Made by a program: the position numbers and the translations under genes. From Convolutriloba macropyga (lineage: Eukaryota): 64,000 bases of DNA. The notes under the pieces were generated by a model, which did no database searches, was not told where the DNA came from, and worked only from the letters and a program-made list of their open reading frames with translations. The stretch covers positions 84,630,001 to 84,694,000 of the forward strand of contig NC_134469.1 in the NCBI RefSeq assembly GCF_964194025.1. Reading direction: 5' to 3'. Shown piece after piece: positions 13,924-25,245 of the stretch (the stretch's first letter is position 1; the number at the start of each line of letters is the position of its first letter).

Positions 13924-14654
13924 GTCTAACCTTTTTCGTTTCGACTTTCCAAGTAACCTGCGAACATTGAGTTACTTCATACATGGAAAGAAATTTTGGT
14001 AAAAAATGCTGGAATTCGGAGAACAGTTTATATTTGTTAAAAGTAAAACCTGCTATACTGAATGACACAAAAGAAGTATTTACGAAGAGGTTGCGTGAGA
14101 TTACAAAAGTCCGTTTATCCGCTAGCTTCTGTTGCGTGCATCATAAGGGCAAAACGAGGCTGATTTCTCTGACGCCTACCTCTTTTTTTTCAAATTTGAG
14201 TTACAGATAAATACGAATTTGACGATAGAGGAAACATTTACTGTTTTATGAAAAGTCAAGTTTTATGCTGCTAACTAATTTCTTGTTTGAGCACGCTTTA
14301 AGGTATCGCGCAAGTCTATTTTAGAAATACAGTGCAACCATTGCGAGATTCGGTAGTTTATAGAAAATTATTTTGCTCATAGAAAAGGACACAAGAAATC
14401 ATATATCAGGAATCTTTGTTTATCTACTGAAATCATGTGCTCAATTTTGTGCATTGTATGAAAAGCTAAAGTTAAGTTTTCGGAATTTATAATCAACTGA
14501 TGATGATGTGCACAGGGAATAATTTGTACCTATATGCCTTCAAGTGTCCTTGTATTTCAAAACCTATCAATTTATTAAAATAACCAGTGTGAACCCGAAG
14601 AAGTGTATGTTATTTGGTAAGATAATTTTTTAGGTTGTTTCTTTCAGATGTAGG

Positions 14655-14813
14655 ATGTCATTTGTTGATACAAAAATAAAACTTTTGCTCAAGAGACTTC
14701 CAAAGCCACTGCCTGACAATTACAACCTGGTTGCTGACGTCAGAAGTGGAGAGACATGCTCCAAGCTACTCGATTCCCTTCAGATGCGAATTGCCATCAG
14801 CACAGTCGAACAG
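14655..14813 (+). CDS. TBCB: Tubulin-folding cofactor B, exon 1 (Ubl domain N-part)
   Basis: MSFVDTKIK...LQMRIAISTVEQ (53 codons) joins in phase 0 to exon 2 via CAG|GCTAGT (GC donor), giving a 241-aa protein of TBCB size. The 3' boundary is inferred. Confidence 0.7.
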
Positions 14814-15157
14814 GCTAGTATTAACATGTTCTGCAATTTCTCGCCTTCAGTATAGCTCACGTGATAGTGGTCAAGTAATTGTAACTGATAAATTGTGGTA
14901 ATCAAGAAGAATTTTGAATAATCCAGTATTTCGAAGTGAATTGAGTCACATAACCTAACTTGCGACATGTATTTAAAGTTTTTGGTGCTTTGAAATCTGC
15001 GGTAAAATTCTGATACCGTTGATTTTGGACGGTTTGAATGTTGCTCTGCTTGTTTTAACTATAACTAACTTATCATTATTTTAAAAATCTGCACACAATA
15101 TGTGATTGACCACTGAATCAAACGGAAATTTTTTTGACTTGAAACTTAATATTTATT

Positions 15158-16966
15158 AATTGCTCTCAAACGAAGTTTGTAGCAATTATATTAGTTCTGT
15201 CGGTCTTTTTTTTATGCGATTTTTCGTCTGACGCTTTTGACTTTTCGTCTTCAAAAACGGGATAAACAGGAAGCGCCCAGCGGGCATTAAGTGCTCATAG
15301 TGCCTTTTAGCTCTGTTTCAGCTCAAACTGTTTTTTGGAGACTTATACTTATGGTGTGAAGGGCGGTTCTTAGAGGTTGACATCCCCACTGTTGACACCC
15401 GCCACTATTGCCCCCCCCACCCCACAGCGCTGTTGCCCCGCACCCACTTTTGCTCACCCCCTCCCCTCCCTCCCTCCCCATCAGCCCCCCCCCCCCCCCG
15501 GTGCCCCCGGGGAGAAGAAACCTCCTTTAAGGTTTTATAGTAGGTTACTGCATTGTTTCTAGTGGTAGTGGAATGGTTGTAAACTCAAGAATTTTAGCAT
15601 TTTTTTGACAAAACGCGCAATTTCTTTTCATTTTTTTAAACTTTTTTCATTATTCACGTCTTTCCAAATGCAGGGGACAGAAAGCGTCTTTAAGGGTTTG
15701 ATAATAAAGTATTGGAAAAATTTTATTTGCCATGGATTAGCTTTCATTTCTCTAATATGACAAATTTTAGCAATATTTTGATAAAATTTGCATTTTTTCG
15801 AGTTTTTTTGAAAATTTTTGTAGGTTTTCAGGTTTCTCCAGCCTCAAGAGTCAAGTAATCTCCTCTAGGGTTTGACAATAGGTTACTGTATAGTTTCTAA
15901 ATGTTTTTCAAGATTTCAACACCACGAATTTTAGCTTTTTTTTAAACAAAACTTGCAATTTTTTTGACACTTATTGTCATTATTCAGATTCTTCAGCCTA
16001 ACAGTAAATCTCCGTTTGATAATACCTTGCTGGAAAATGCTTTTGTTGTCCATAGATCAGCTTTCAACTTTTATTATCACAAATTTTAGCAGTTTTTTTA
16101 TGCAACTTTAGGCATTTTCAAGTTTTGTGAAATTTTTTGTCAATTTTTAGGTTTACCAACCTCAAGAGCCTCATAACCTCCTATAGGGTTTGATTTTTGG
16201 TTACTGCATAGCTTCTAGATGTAATGGAATGTTTTTCAAGACTTTAGTATCAGCAATTTTGAAAAAAAAAATTTCAAGTTTTTTTGAATCTTTTTGATTT
16301 TTTATCATTTTTTCCTGAACCAGGGTCCGTGGGACCTCCTCCATGATTTGATGATAAGCTGTCGCATAGTTACTGGAATTAATTGAATGGTTATCAAAAT
16401 TTTATTGACTCCTGCTCTTCCAATTTTTTGAAAAATTTAATTTTTTTTCAAATTTTTGGAAATATATTATGTTCCCAGTTTTTGGATATTTGAGCCACTG
16501 AAACTATTTTAGGCTTGAAACAGGGATACTGGATAGTCTCTTGAGACAATGAAATGGTTCTTAAGATATTATTGTCTTGAATTTCAGCAAGAATTTGTTA
16601 AAATTTGCAATTTTCAAATTTTTTGAATATTTTTGTCCTTTTCTGAGTTAAACGATCATTACTGGCCAATGAAGCTTTTCAAGTCTTGCAGATGGGTTAC
16701 TTCATGTTACTCCAGAAACAAAAAATAGTTTTGAACATTTTCAATGCGAAACTTGTTGGAAGCTTTTTTAAAGTTTGCAATATTTTGCAAATTTTTTAAA
16801 TTTCAGTTTTTTGTTTGAATGAATTACTAACAAGGCTAGAAGACTAAAAATTGCCGAGTTGAATCAAGCTAAAGCTAGCCTCACTAAACTGTGGCTAGCT
16901 ACTGACGAAATCAACGGCTCGCCGGTCGTTTGAGAGCAATTCGCCTGACGTTAGCTGGTTATGTTT
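15158..16966 (+). mobile_element. Long family A HINE-like element carrying a tandem array (TBCB intron 1)
   Basis: 5' TTGCTCTCAAACGA and 3' TCGTTTGAGAGCAA are perfect inverted partners; 3' CTGACGTTAGCTGG TTATGTTT. Confidence 0.75.
15520..16810 (+). repeat. Diverged ~165-bp tandem array, about 8 units
   Basis: Recurrent GGTTACTGCATAG...GGAATG...AATTTTAGCA motifs at about 15543, 15706, 15881, 16024, 16199, 16357, 16523, 16694. Confidence 0.7.
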
Positions 16967-17159
16967 CTTGATTCCATAGCTCCTAAATTGATACTTGATT
17001 CACGGATGTATTTCATTTCCTCGGATATTAATTTTGATCTCGTGCCTCGCGCTATAAGATATAGCTGCTGGAACTAAATTCTATTTGGTAAAGAGTTTGG
17101 CTCTAACAGTTTACTGACTTGGGTGTATGTTGTTATTTGTTCGCTCCCATAATTTTCAG

Positions 17160-17471
17160 GCGGTTGTGAAATTTGGGAGTGGTGAAAGTGCAATAGTGAA
17201 TCCTTCAGTAACGTGGGGCGAAATGGGTTTAAAAGACGGATTGGAGTATGTGCTGGAGGTCAGAGGTCAAGCTATGGATTTGGAGGTGAACGCAGGAGAG
17301 GACTTTAAACCAGTGGAGTACATGACAGAAAAAGAGTACGATGAGAAGAAGGGAACATTGAGAGACTTCCTGAAGACAAACAAATTGGGAAAGTTCAGTG
17401 AGGATTACAAGGAAAAGAAGCAGAAGGAGACGGAGGAACAGTTGGCTCTCTACCAAGATATGAAAGACAAA
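17160..17471 (+). CDS. TBCB: Tubulin-folding cofactor B, exon 2
   Basis: ttttcag acceptor; VEYMTEKEYDEKKGTLRDFLKTNKLGKF matches the TBCB linker (Y..R..TVR.FLK..KLG); donor AAA|GTAGGC. Confidence 0.9.
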
Positions 17472-17506
17472 GTAGGCTGTGTTTAAACCATCTTTATGCT
17501 GCACAC

Positions 17507-18991
17507 TGTCACGCTCTTGAAAGTCTTATATAAGTTCGACTAGTATTATTAGTATTAGTATTATTAGTTCGATTAGTATAACAAATTAAGTACCCATTCA
17601 CTCACTAAGTCAAATTAATCAGTGCTTTATATACTCGAAATAACTGTTCACTTCCAGAAATTAACCAGTGCTTTAAACTAGTCATTCAACCAGTATCCTT
17701 CTCCTACTCCTTCTCAAAGTTTAGAGCCATTATTTAACGAAATAATCGTGATTATTTTCAGTGCTAATTCAATGTCTTCTCTTAACCTTAACTTTAATTT
17801 ATGTTCCCCCTCTTTACTTTGAAATTAGCGCACCTTCACACCTTTAATGTTCCTTCAAAGCTCTTAATCTTGTCTTAACTTTCCTCACTTTAACCTTTAT
17901 CTCCATTTGTCTTAACTTAAACTTTATTTCTTTTAACTTCTTTAATTGTCTTTAACTTAAATGCTTTCGTTCCAAAACTCTTTTCTAAGAAAACATAAAT
18001 TGGGTGGCTCCAACAAAAACATATGTATACCCTCATACTTGTGCAGATTATATGTTTTATAGAAAAATTGTAAAACCCCAGTTCTTTCACTAAAATTTTC
18101 ATGGAAAATTTTCATAAAGTCGGGTAGTGTCACGCCCCTATTTCGTTCCTTATAGTTTCGTGATGATATTCCTTAAATATCCATAAATAAGTGCTATAAA
18201 TTAGTTCATATTCAGTTAGTTTCAAGGCCATATATAGCCAGTATTTCCATCTAGGCCTGTAACCTCTAATTTGTTTATGTTTACGAGAAACAACCGCAGA
18301 TTGACAGTTTTACTAGCAAACACTTCAAGTGCCTAAAAGCCTCAATATTTACTTTTTTGAGTTTCTTGAAGATAAATTCACATAATCAGTAAATAACTTC
18401 ATGAGAGATTATGTACTTGGTGAAGTAATTATTCTGATAAAGTAGGTGCTAATACGGAATTGTATATGTACTGAACAAACACCAAGAGACGTACAAAAGC
18501 CGGAAATCGCCCTACTTGAAAATCAGTAAATATTTGCGAAGGACCAATACAACCCAAGGCACAGTCCTGCGGAACCCACTATCAGCAGAACACCGGAGAA
18601 CCAACCTGACAATCAGTTGCCTATCATCTTATAAAACTTGATAAACTTGAGAAACTTCTTGTTAAAATTATTAAATAATTCTTGCTAAAATTAATTAAAG
18701 ATTGAACTGGAAATTCTCATGAAAACCTCCAAGTTTGATAAACTAAGTTACAGATGAAATAGCGACTAACTTAACACAAAAATGCAAGGCAAACTAGTGG
18801 ATATATCACGCATCTGAACCGCTCAATAAAAGGCTATTACTAGCTAATTTTATTCAAAATATATCTGCTAAAAATCGCACTGTGAAACACCAAAATAAGT
18901 CCTTGTAAAATGCCAATAATTTAAGTTAATTACTTCCAATATAAACCTCAATAACACCACGAGGAATAATATTAAAAATCAGTGCGTAACA
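17507..18991. mobile_element. Candidate solo LTR or LTR-derived insertion in TBCB intron 2
   Basis: TGTCACGC...GCGTAACA termini with CACAC duplicated on both sides. Confidence 0.4.
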
Positions 18992-19399
18992 CACACGTTA
19001 CGCTCCTTTTTGAGCTCTATCAAGAGTAGGAGACCTTTCAAGTGCGCGTACTTTTATAAGTAGGAAAGAGTCACAATTAGCGTTTGAGAAAATTTTGATT
19101 CATTCAAGGTAAATTCAGTCATCTTTAGCTAAAATGTAATTTTTGCACGCAGCATTTTAAATACATTTTAAATCCTGTTATAAAAATATCAGTGCATGCT
19201 ATTTAATGATACTTTTTATGCAGAAAATTTCCGGAAAAAATTCGATGCGAAGTTGAGCGCATGTTAAACTTTCTATTGCTATTTCTAAAATATTTCAGTT
19301 CTTTTACTGATAAAACTTGTAATCGAAATAGCTGCAGTTGATAGCGCTTATTGTTCAGCTGCTCAAAGCTGACCGCTTAAATTTCGGTTTGTTTTTCAG

Positions 19400-19654
19400 G
19401 TGGGCTCACGAGTAGAGCTGGAGAATGGGGTGAGAGGTGAACTGAAATTTGTGGGAGAGACTGACTTCGCCACTGGATTCTGGGCTGGAATTGGACTTGA
19501 TGAACCTTATGGAAAGAATAACGGCTCAGTCAATGGCAAACAGTACTTCACATGTGTGGACAGTTATGGCCTGTTCCTCCGTCTGAACAAATTCAAGATT
19601 GGAGATTTTCCACCTTTAGATGATGGACTACTTGATGATGACGAGATCATTTGA
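19400..19654 (+). CDS. TBCB: Tubulin-folding cofactor B, exon 3 (CAP-Gly domain)
   Basis: tttttcag acceptor; VGSRVE...FVGETDFATGFWAGIGLDEPYGKNNGSVNGKQYF...GDFPP..acidic tail, i.e. CAP-Gly GKNDG-type motif and TBCB C-terminus. Confidence 0.93.
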   Translation: MGSRVELENGVRGELKFVGETDFATGFWAGIGLDEPYGKNNGSVNGKQYFTCVDSYGLFLRLNKFKIGDFPPLDDGLLDDDEII

Positions 19655-20343
19655 TGCTCTCGTGTATCTTTTTGCGTGCCTAATGTCTTGCAATTTAAAT
19701 GATATTATGTGTATATTAAGTATTTTTACCGTTTCTGATCAAACGGAGAAAGTGGAAGAAAAGACTATCAATACAGCGATGCTTGTCAATGGATATTAAT
19801 TGATAGAGGAGGGAGGTGTCCTCCTGACGCTGAGAGAATGCCAAGCGACTGAAAGCTTTTTTGCTTCTAGTTTTGTACGAATTTAAATCACCATATCAAA
19901 TTCAACTTTGTTGTTACCAAGACTTTTCCTTCAATTTTGCGATGAGTTTTGCAATTTTGTGATTGTTGTTATCACCATTGAGAAGTTATCAAACGTCGAT
20001 GCGAAGCCGAGCTGTTTTTTTTAACTTGAAAAGTTCAATAAAAACCGTATTATAAATCGACCGTTTTTAAATTAACTCTCGATACCATCAGGTCGATATC
20101 AAAAAATTTGACCCTATTCATTTGCAATTGGGTTAGGATCTGGACCACTCTTTTCTCACTAGGTTCAAAAATTTGTGGCGTAATTTGGCGAAAGCATAGT
20201 TGTAGGCCAATTGGGATTTCAACTGTTTTTTATCGGTCAGTGAGTTGGTTTAGGTACGGGTTGGTTATGATGTCTGGAAACTGCTTGTGATACACGTTGA
20301 GAATTTGCATCGAGGACTGTTTGCTGTTTTTCAGAAGTGAAAG

Positions 20344-20510
20344 ATGATGCTATCCGATTTCAAGAGAAGCCGCAGTGCAAATGTTCGGAAGAAGGTCCTC
20401 TTAATGGGAAAATCAGGGGCAGGAAAAACCAGCATGAAATCTATCATATTTGCTAACTTCATTGCTAGAGACACCCGCAAATTGGGACCCACAAACGAAA
20501 TAGAACACGC
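20344..20510 (+). CDS. RRAGA: Ras-related GTP-binding protein RagA/B (Gtr1), exon 1
   Basis: [41 protein letters not shown] = RagA P-loop and switch I; donor GC|GTAAGG, phase 2. Confidence 0.95.
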
Positions 20511-20579
20511 GTAAGGCTTCATCTCAGAGTGAAAATATATTCAAATGTAAAAGCGTCGTTCTGCTTAAGTTCCATTCTT

Positions 20580-22357
20580 TAATAGCGGTGATAGTTTAAA
20601 AGCTGAGCTCTTTTCGGTCTTCTCTATTTTTTGAATTTTTACTCAAAAATTTGAATTTTATGGGGCCGCTCTCGCTTTTAACGATGGAGAAGAGTAATGG
20701 AGAGTGATCGATTTTCGTATTTATAAGAGTTGTTTTATACTTTCTATTGCTGCGTAATTTTATGCTGTTTAAGATTTCTAGTTTTCAGTTACTGGTTTTA
20801 ATGACCGATGCCATTTTAAAGACATAATTGAAAGTGGGAATTTGCCAAATTTTCGAATTTTACGCTGCCTGAAGTCCCGTTGTGCGCATGACGTTTATTT
20901 AGTTTTTTGGTTAATGTATTTAATGACTTTGACTACACTAGTTTTCTAAATAAAAATGAGGGAAAGATTTTTGATAGCCGCAAACAGATACTTCAGGCTG
21001 TTATTGACCTTCTCTTGGTTTTCTATTTCGTCAATAGGATCTTTGTTACGACCATATGACGTCACAATCACTTCAAATCTGTTTTTTGTTCATTCGTTCA
21101 TGTAATTTAAACATAATTGCGTGAGTGACGTCGTTTTTCAATGTTAGTGGAGATCTTTTTTTAGTTCAGTCGCTTGATTAAATTTTTGGTCACACGTGAC
21201 TTACCCCACTCTCAAAAATGACATCCTCACTCTGGAATTGACTGTACGTTAATTCAAAGAGATAAGTTCAAGTAAGTACGTGTGACTTTAATTGAAGGGT
21301 GTTTAAGGGCAGCTAATAGAAGCAGCAATAAGTTAAACATTCTTAAATAAAATATAAGATCTCAGTATTTAAAAAATTAACTTTTTTCGTTTTTTTGCTA
21401 TCTTGTTTAAACTGGAGATTTGCGAAGCCAATGTGGCTATTTTCTCGCATCTGCCAGCTATGCTTTTAATAGCCACAAAGCGATAGCTGGGGCTATTATC
21501 GCGCTTCTCTCGGTTTTTACGATTCAAAGAATTTGAAGTGTATTGGTGCTGTCTTGCTGACTTGTGGACAGGAACTGTTCACAAATTTTCATGATTTCTG
21601 TAGTCAAATAAAGTTTGGCCACTCCGAAACAACAAGTGAAACGAAAAATCAAGTGGTTTTGTTGGCTAAAACTTTTCCCTTTGGTTTCAACGTAGACTGA
21701 GAAAACGGCGTTTGAACAAAAATTTGCCTTCTTGCTAGCGGTTTTTTGTTCACATGCGGCATTTTGACTTTGATTTTTACTGTTATCGATTCTTTGAATC
21801 TGATTTTTGTCTAAAGGATTTTCCAAATCCATTCATAGTCCAATTTGATTTAGTTTTTTGTTTTGTCAATGAAAATTCTTCGATTTGTTTCGGGGCGTCA
21901 TCCTGCTAAATTTTACGACCATATTACGTCAATCACTTCAAATTTGATTTTTGTTCATTCGTTCATGCAGTTTCAACTGAATTTTGTGCGTGTCGTCGTT
22001 TTTCACTCTTAGTGTAGAGTGTTTTTTGTTCATTTGCGTGATCACGTGTTTTTGGTCACACGTGACTCGCCTCCCTCTCAAAAATGACTTTCTCATTCTG
22101 AAATGTTCTTTTCTTTACTTCAATTCAAAGAAAAAAGGCCACATGAATGCGTGTCAGTCTAATTGAAGGTTTTTTAAGAGCAGCTAATAGGAGCTACAAT
22201 AAATTAAACAGATTCTCAATCAAAATATAACATCTCAGTAATCAAGCTATAACAATCAGCTCAAAAAGTTTGTTTTTGGACTGTTTCTTTTACTCTTTTT
22301 GAGACTGCTTATCTCCGAAGCTTTTGCGGCTTTTTTTGGCAAGCGGTCAGTTATGCT
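20580..22357 (+). mobile_element. Two head-to-tail family C copies (~20580-21465 and ~21466-22357) in RagA intron 1
   Basis: TTACGACCATAT.ACGTCA..CACTTCAAAT and GGTCACACGTGACT blocks recur ~870 bp apart and also resemble 27720-27780; junction TGTGGCTATT...CTATGCTTTT AATAGCCACA. Confidence 0.6.
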
Positions 22358-23662
22358 CATGTATTTAATATCCTTCTGTAGGTATAGGTATATGCTTTGT
22401 TAGTTCTTAAAAAATGTTCTAATGTCGTTGGTAGTCAGGTCTTTTATTTGTTACTATCTGTGACATCAAGCTCACTTCAACTACAAATAAGTTTTTCAGC
22501 TGGCTAGTTCGGACCAAATATTCTTATCCATTGATCTATCGTCTGCTTTGCGATTGGTTTGACCGACTAAACTTTTACGATTTTTTTTCGCCTGATTATT
22601 TTAAATTGCTCTCGGACGCACTATAAAGCAAGTTTTGTAAATGTGTCTTTGAATCTAAGTTTTGCTTCCCTCTCCTAAGTTGGAACTTTTTGCAGCCTTA
22701 TCAATTCTCTAGATTGTAACACAATTTGTTTTAGACTTTCAATAATTGGTTTCTTTTTGCATGCTATGAAGCATTCCCACTCACCATCTTAAAGAAGATA
22801 AGTTCAATTATATGAGATATTTGAAGGCATTTAACAGCTTAAAGAAGAATCATTCGTTCTTTGAAGACAGTTTCACTACAATACGGGTCTTTCTTACTTT
22901 TTCACAACTTCTGATTCTGGAAATCGAACGTTAACATAAAACGCTGAATTTATAGTACGCTGCCCCTTGATTAAAAGTATGTTGTGTGTAGTTTAACTTT
23001 TGAAGTTTGATTAACAACCTTACGCGAGGCGAAATAAAGTCAGTGCAAACTATTGGTGTGCTTTTCGATACCTCTTCTCCGCAACGTTTTTTCTTTGTAA
23101 TTAAATTGAGAAATGTTTCCACTTTCCTCCAAAAGTTGCACTAGAGGCAACAAACAAATTGCCTCTGATTGGTTCATTATTGGCTGTCTAAAAGTTGCCG
23201 AACAAATAGGGACTCAAAAAGGCTATTTTTTGTAACTTTATCTTGGCTAATTTCTCCGACGATCATAAATTGACTTTAAAGTTTATGCTATCCAGATAAA
23301 TAGAAATTTGAGTCGATTACTAGCAAACAGATTTCACATAAGCAAAAGACGAAATTTCAGACGTGAAAAGAGAAGTTGAATGAAAAAGAAGCAATAATTA
23401 CACCGGGCATACAGATCATTCATTCATTCATTTGAATTCTAAATCAATAATTCTGAACGTTTTTTCCGCCTTTGTGTCTATCTTTGATCTACGTTTTTGA
23501 ATCATCTCTACAGTTAAACAAATCAGATCGGAATTAATCGTAGCAGTTAAATGTACACAAGATCGACCAAGTCTGTTACAATTTGTGTGTTTTTACGCAA
23601 AATTTTTACTTGACCTTTGTGTTCTGGAATATTACTGCTCTCGCTTAAACGGTTTGATTTTT

Positions 23663-23764
23663 CGGGTCTTTCGCATTATAGCCCCCCACCCATGAAATTA
23701 TAGCCCTACCATTACTATAGATTATCTAACCACTAAGCGGGGGGGGGGGGGCTATAATGACCCG
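23663..23764. mobile_element. ~100-bp MITE-like palindrome
   Basis: CGGGTC...CATTATAGCCCCCC / GGGGGGCTATAATGACCCG, flanked by ATTTTT on both sides. Confidence 0.55.
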
Positions 23765-23967
23765 ATTTTTCCATCGTCCTTTCGCCCATGACTTGAATTT
23801 GCTGCTGACCTAAATTGCTCCCATTCCCAATTTGAACATGTGAACTGAATTGGCGGCAGCTTACCACTTAATGTCAAAAGATCAAAGGGCCGACATTAGT
23901 TTGATTATTTTTAAATGTAAATCGTTGCAGTGGTGGTCTCTAATGAGTTGTTGTTGTTTGTGTTGAG

Positions 23968-24050
23968 GTTTGTGCGCTTCTTGGGCAACTTAGTTCTACA
24001 CTTGTGGGACTGTGGAGGAGAACAGGCATATAGAGAGTCCTACTTCATTC
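23968..24050 (+). CDS. RRAGA: RagA/B exon 2
   Basis: [27 protein letters not shown]; GAG acceptor, donor C|GTAAGC. Confidence 0.92.
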
Positions 24051-24291
24051 GTAAGCTACATTACATTACATTACACTGTCTAACCTCTCTTTTTCAACTC
24101 ATTCTTTGTCTCAGATTAAAACTGAAACTGAAATGTTGCTAATTAGTCGCTAATTGATGTTGATATCGATTTTGGAGCTAATATTGATTTTGCTGTTAAA
24201 GATATTGATACGCAAAATGATGCTATTGTGTGATAAAATGGTAATAATGTGATTGATGTGTGATAGAAGGAGTAGGTGGTTTTTGTTTCAG

Positions 24292-24410
24292 CTGGACAGA
24301 AAGACACAATTTTCCGTGACTTGGAGGTGCTCATTTACGTATTTGATGTGGAGTCACGAGAACAGGATCTAGATCTGCTTTACTTCCAAAAATGTATGGA
24401 AGCGGTTAAA
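24292..24410 (+). CDS. RRAGA: RagA/B exon 3
   Basis: tttcag acceptor; [23 protein letters not shown]...CMEAVK; donor |GTAAGT. Confidence 0.93.
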
Positions 24411-24766
24411 GTAAGTACAAATACACCAAAATACAAATGACTAAGTTACTGTAGTGATAGGTACTCTGAATTGTACAATGAAAACAATTATACGCAAGTT
24501 ATATTCTTTTGGAGGCTGCATCTCCCAGTGAACCAAAACTTGAGAAACGTGTTTTATTAGTTTTTTGGTTTCCAAGTTTATTTGAAAACTTTAACATTTC
24601 TTTATGCACTCAAAAGTTGCTAACAATTGTTTTTTTGACATCTACACTAAATCCGAAGCTTTTAAAGCAGTAATTCAGAAACTGAAATAATACTTTATAT
24701 CCGACTAAAAAAGCTATCAGTAGTTTTGAGGTTTCAGTGGTAGTAATATATCTGTCTCTGTTTCAG

Positions 24767-25079
24767 GACGAGAAAGACTCTCAGCAGAATTCGTCTGCCA
24801 AAGTGTTCTGTTTAATTCACAAAATGGATTTGATTGCAGAGCAGAATCGCAAGTTCAAGTTTGAGAGCCTGAAACGACAGGCTCTGTCCAAGACCCCGGA
24901 TGGCATAGATGTGTCATTCTTCCAGACTTCTATCTGGGACGAGACCCTGTATGAGGCCTGGAGTAGTTTGGTCCACCAGCTCATACCTAACATTGAGGCA
25001 GTAGAGTCTGCGTTGCACATGTTTGCAGAGCTAATGGAGGCAGAGGAAGTCATTCTATTTGAGAAGGCAACCTTTTTAG
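24767..25079 (+). CDS. RRAGA: RagA/B exon 4
   Basis: [11 protein letters not shown] (G4), [16 protein letters not shown] (G5), [14 protein letters not shown]; ends at AG|GCACGT (GC donor), phase 1. Confidence 0.9.
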
Positions 25080-25114
25080 GCACGTTAGCTTCTGGATCTC
25101 TGTGTGTTCGAGTG

Positions 25115-25144
25115 TACGTGCGTGCGCTCGGGTGTGTGTGTGTT

Positions 25145-25176
<32 letters not shown>

Positions 25177-25245
25177 GGGGGGGGGGGGTGGGGGTGTGTG
25201 TGTGTGTGCGTGCGTGGTTGTGTTGGTGTGTGCGTGTGTGTATGT
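25115..25245. repeat. (TG)n microsatellite with G-runs
   Basis: Directly visible at the start of RagA intron 4. Confidence 0.95.

Noticed and set aside
15377-15562. Proline-rich ORF
   Set aside because: Product of C-runs inside a family A element in TBCB intron 1.
10130-16810. CRISPR-like or prokaryotic repeat arrays
   Set aside because: Eukaryotic context; the repeats are long diverged tandem units with no repeat-spacer structure or cas genes.
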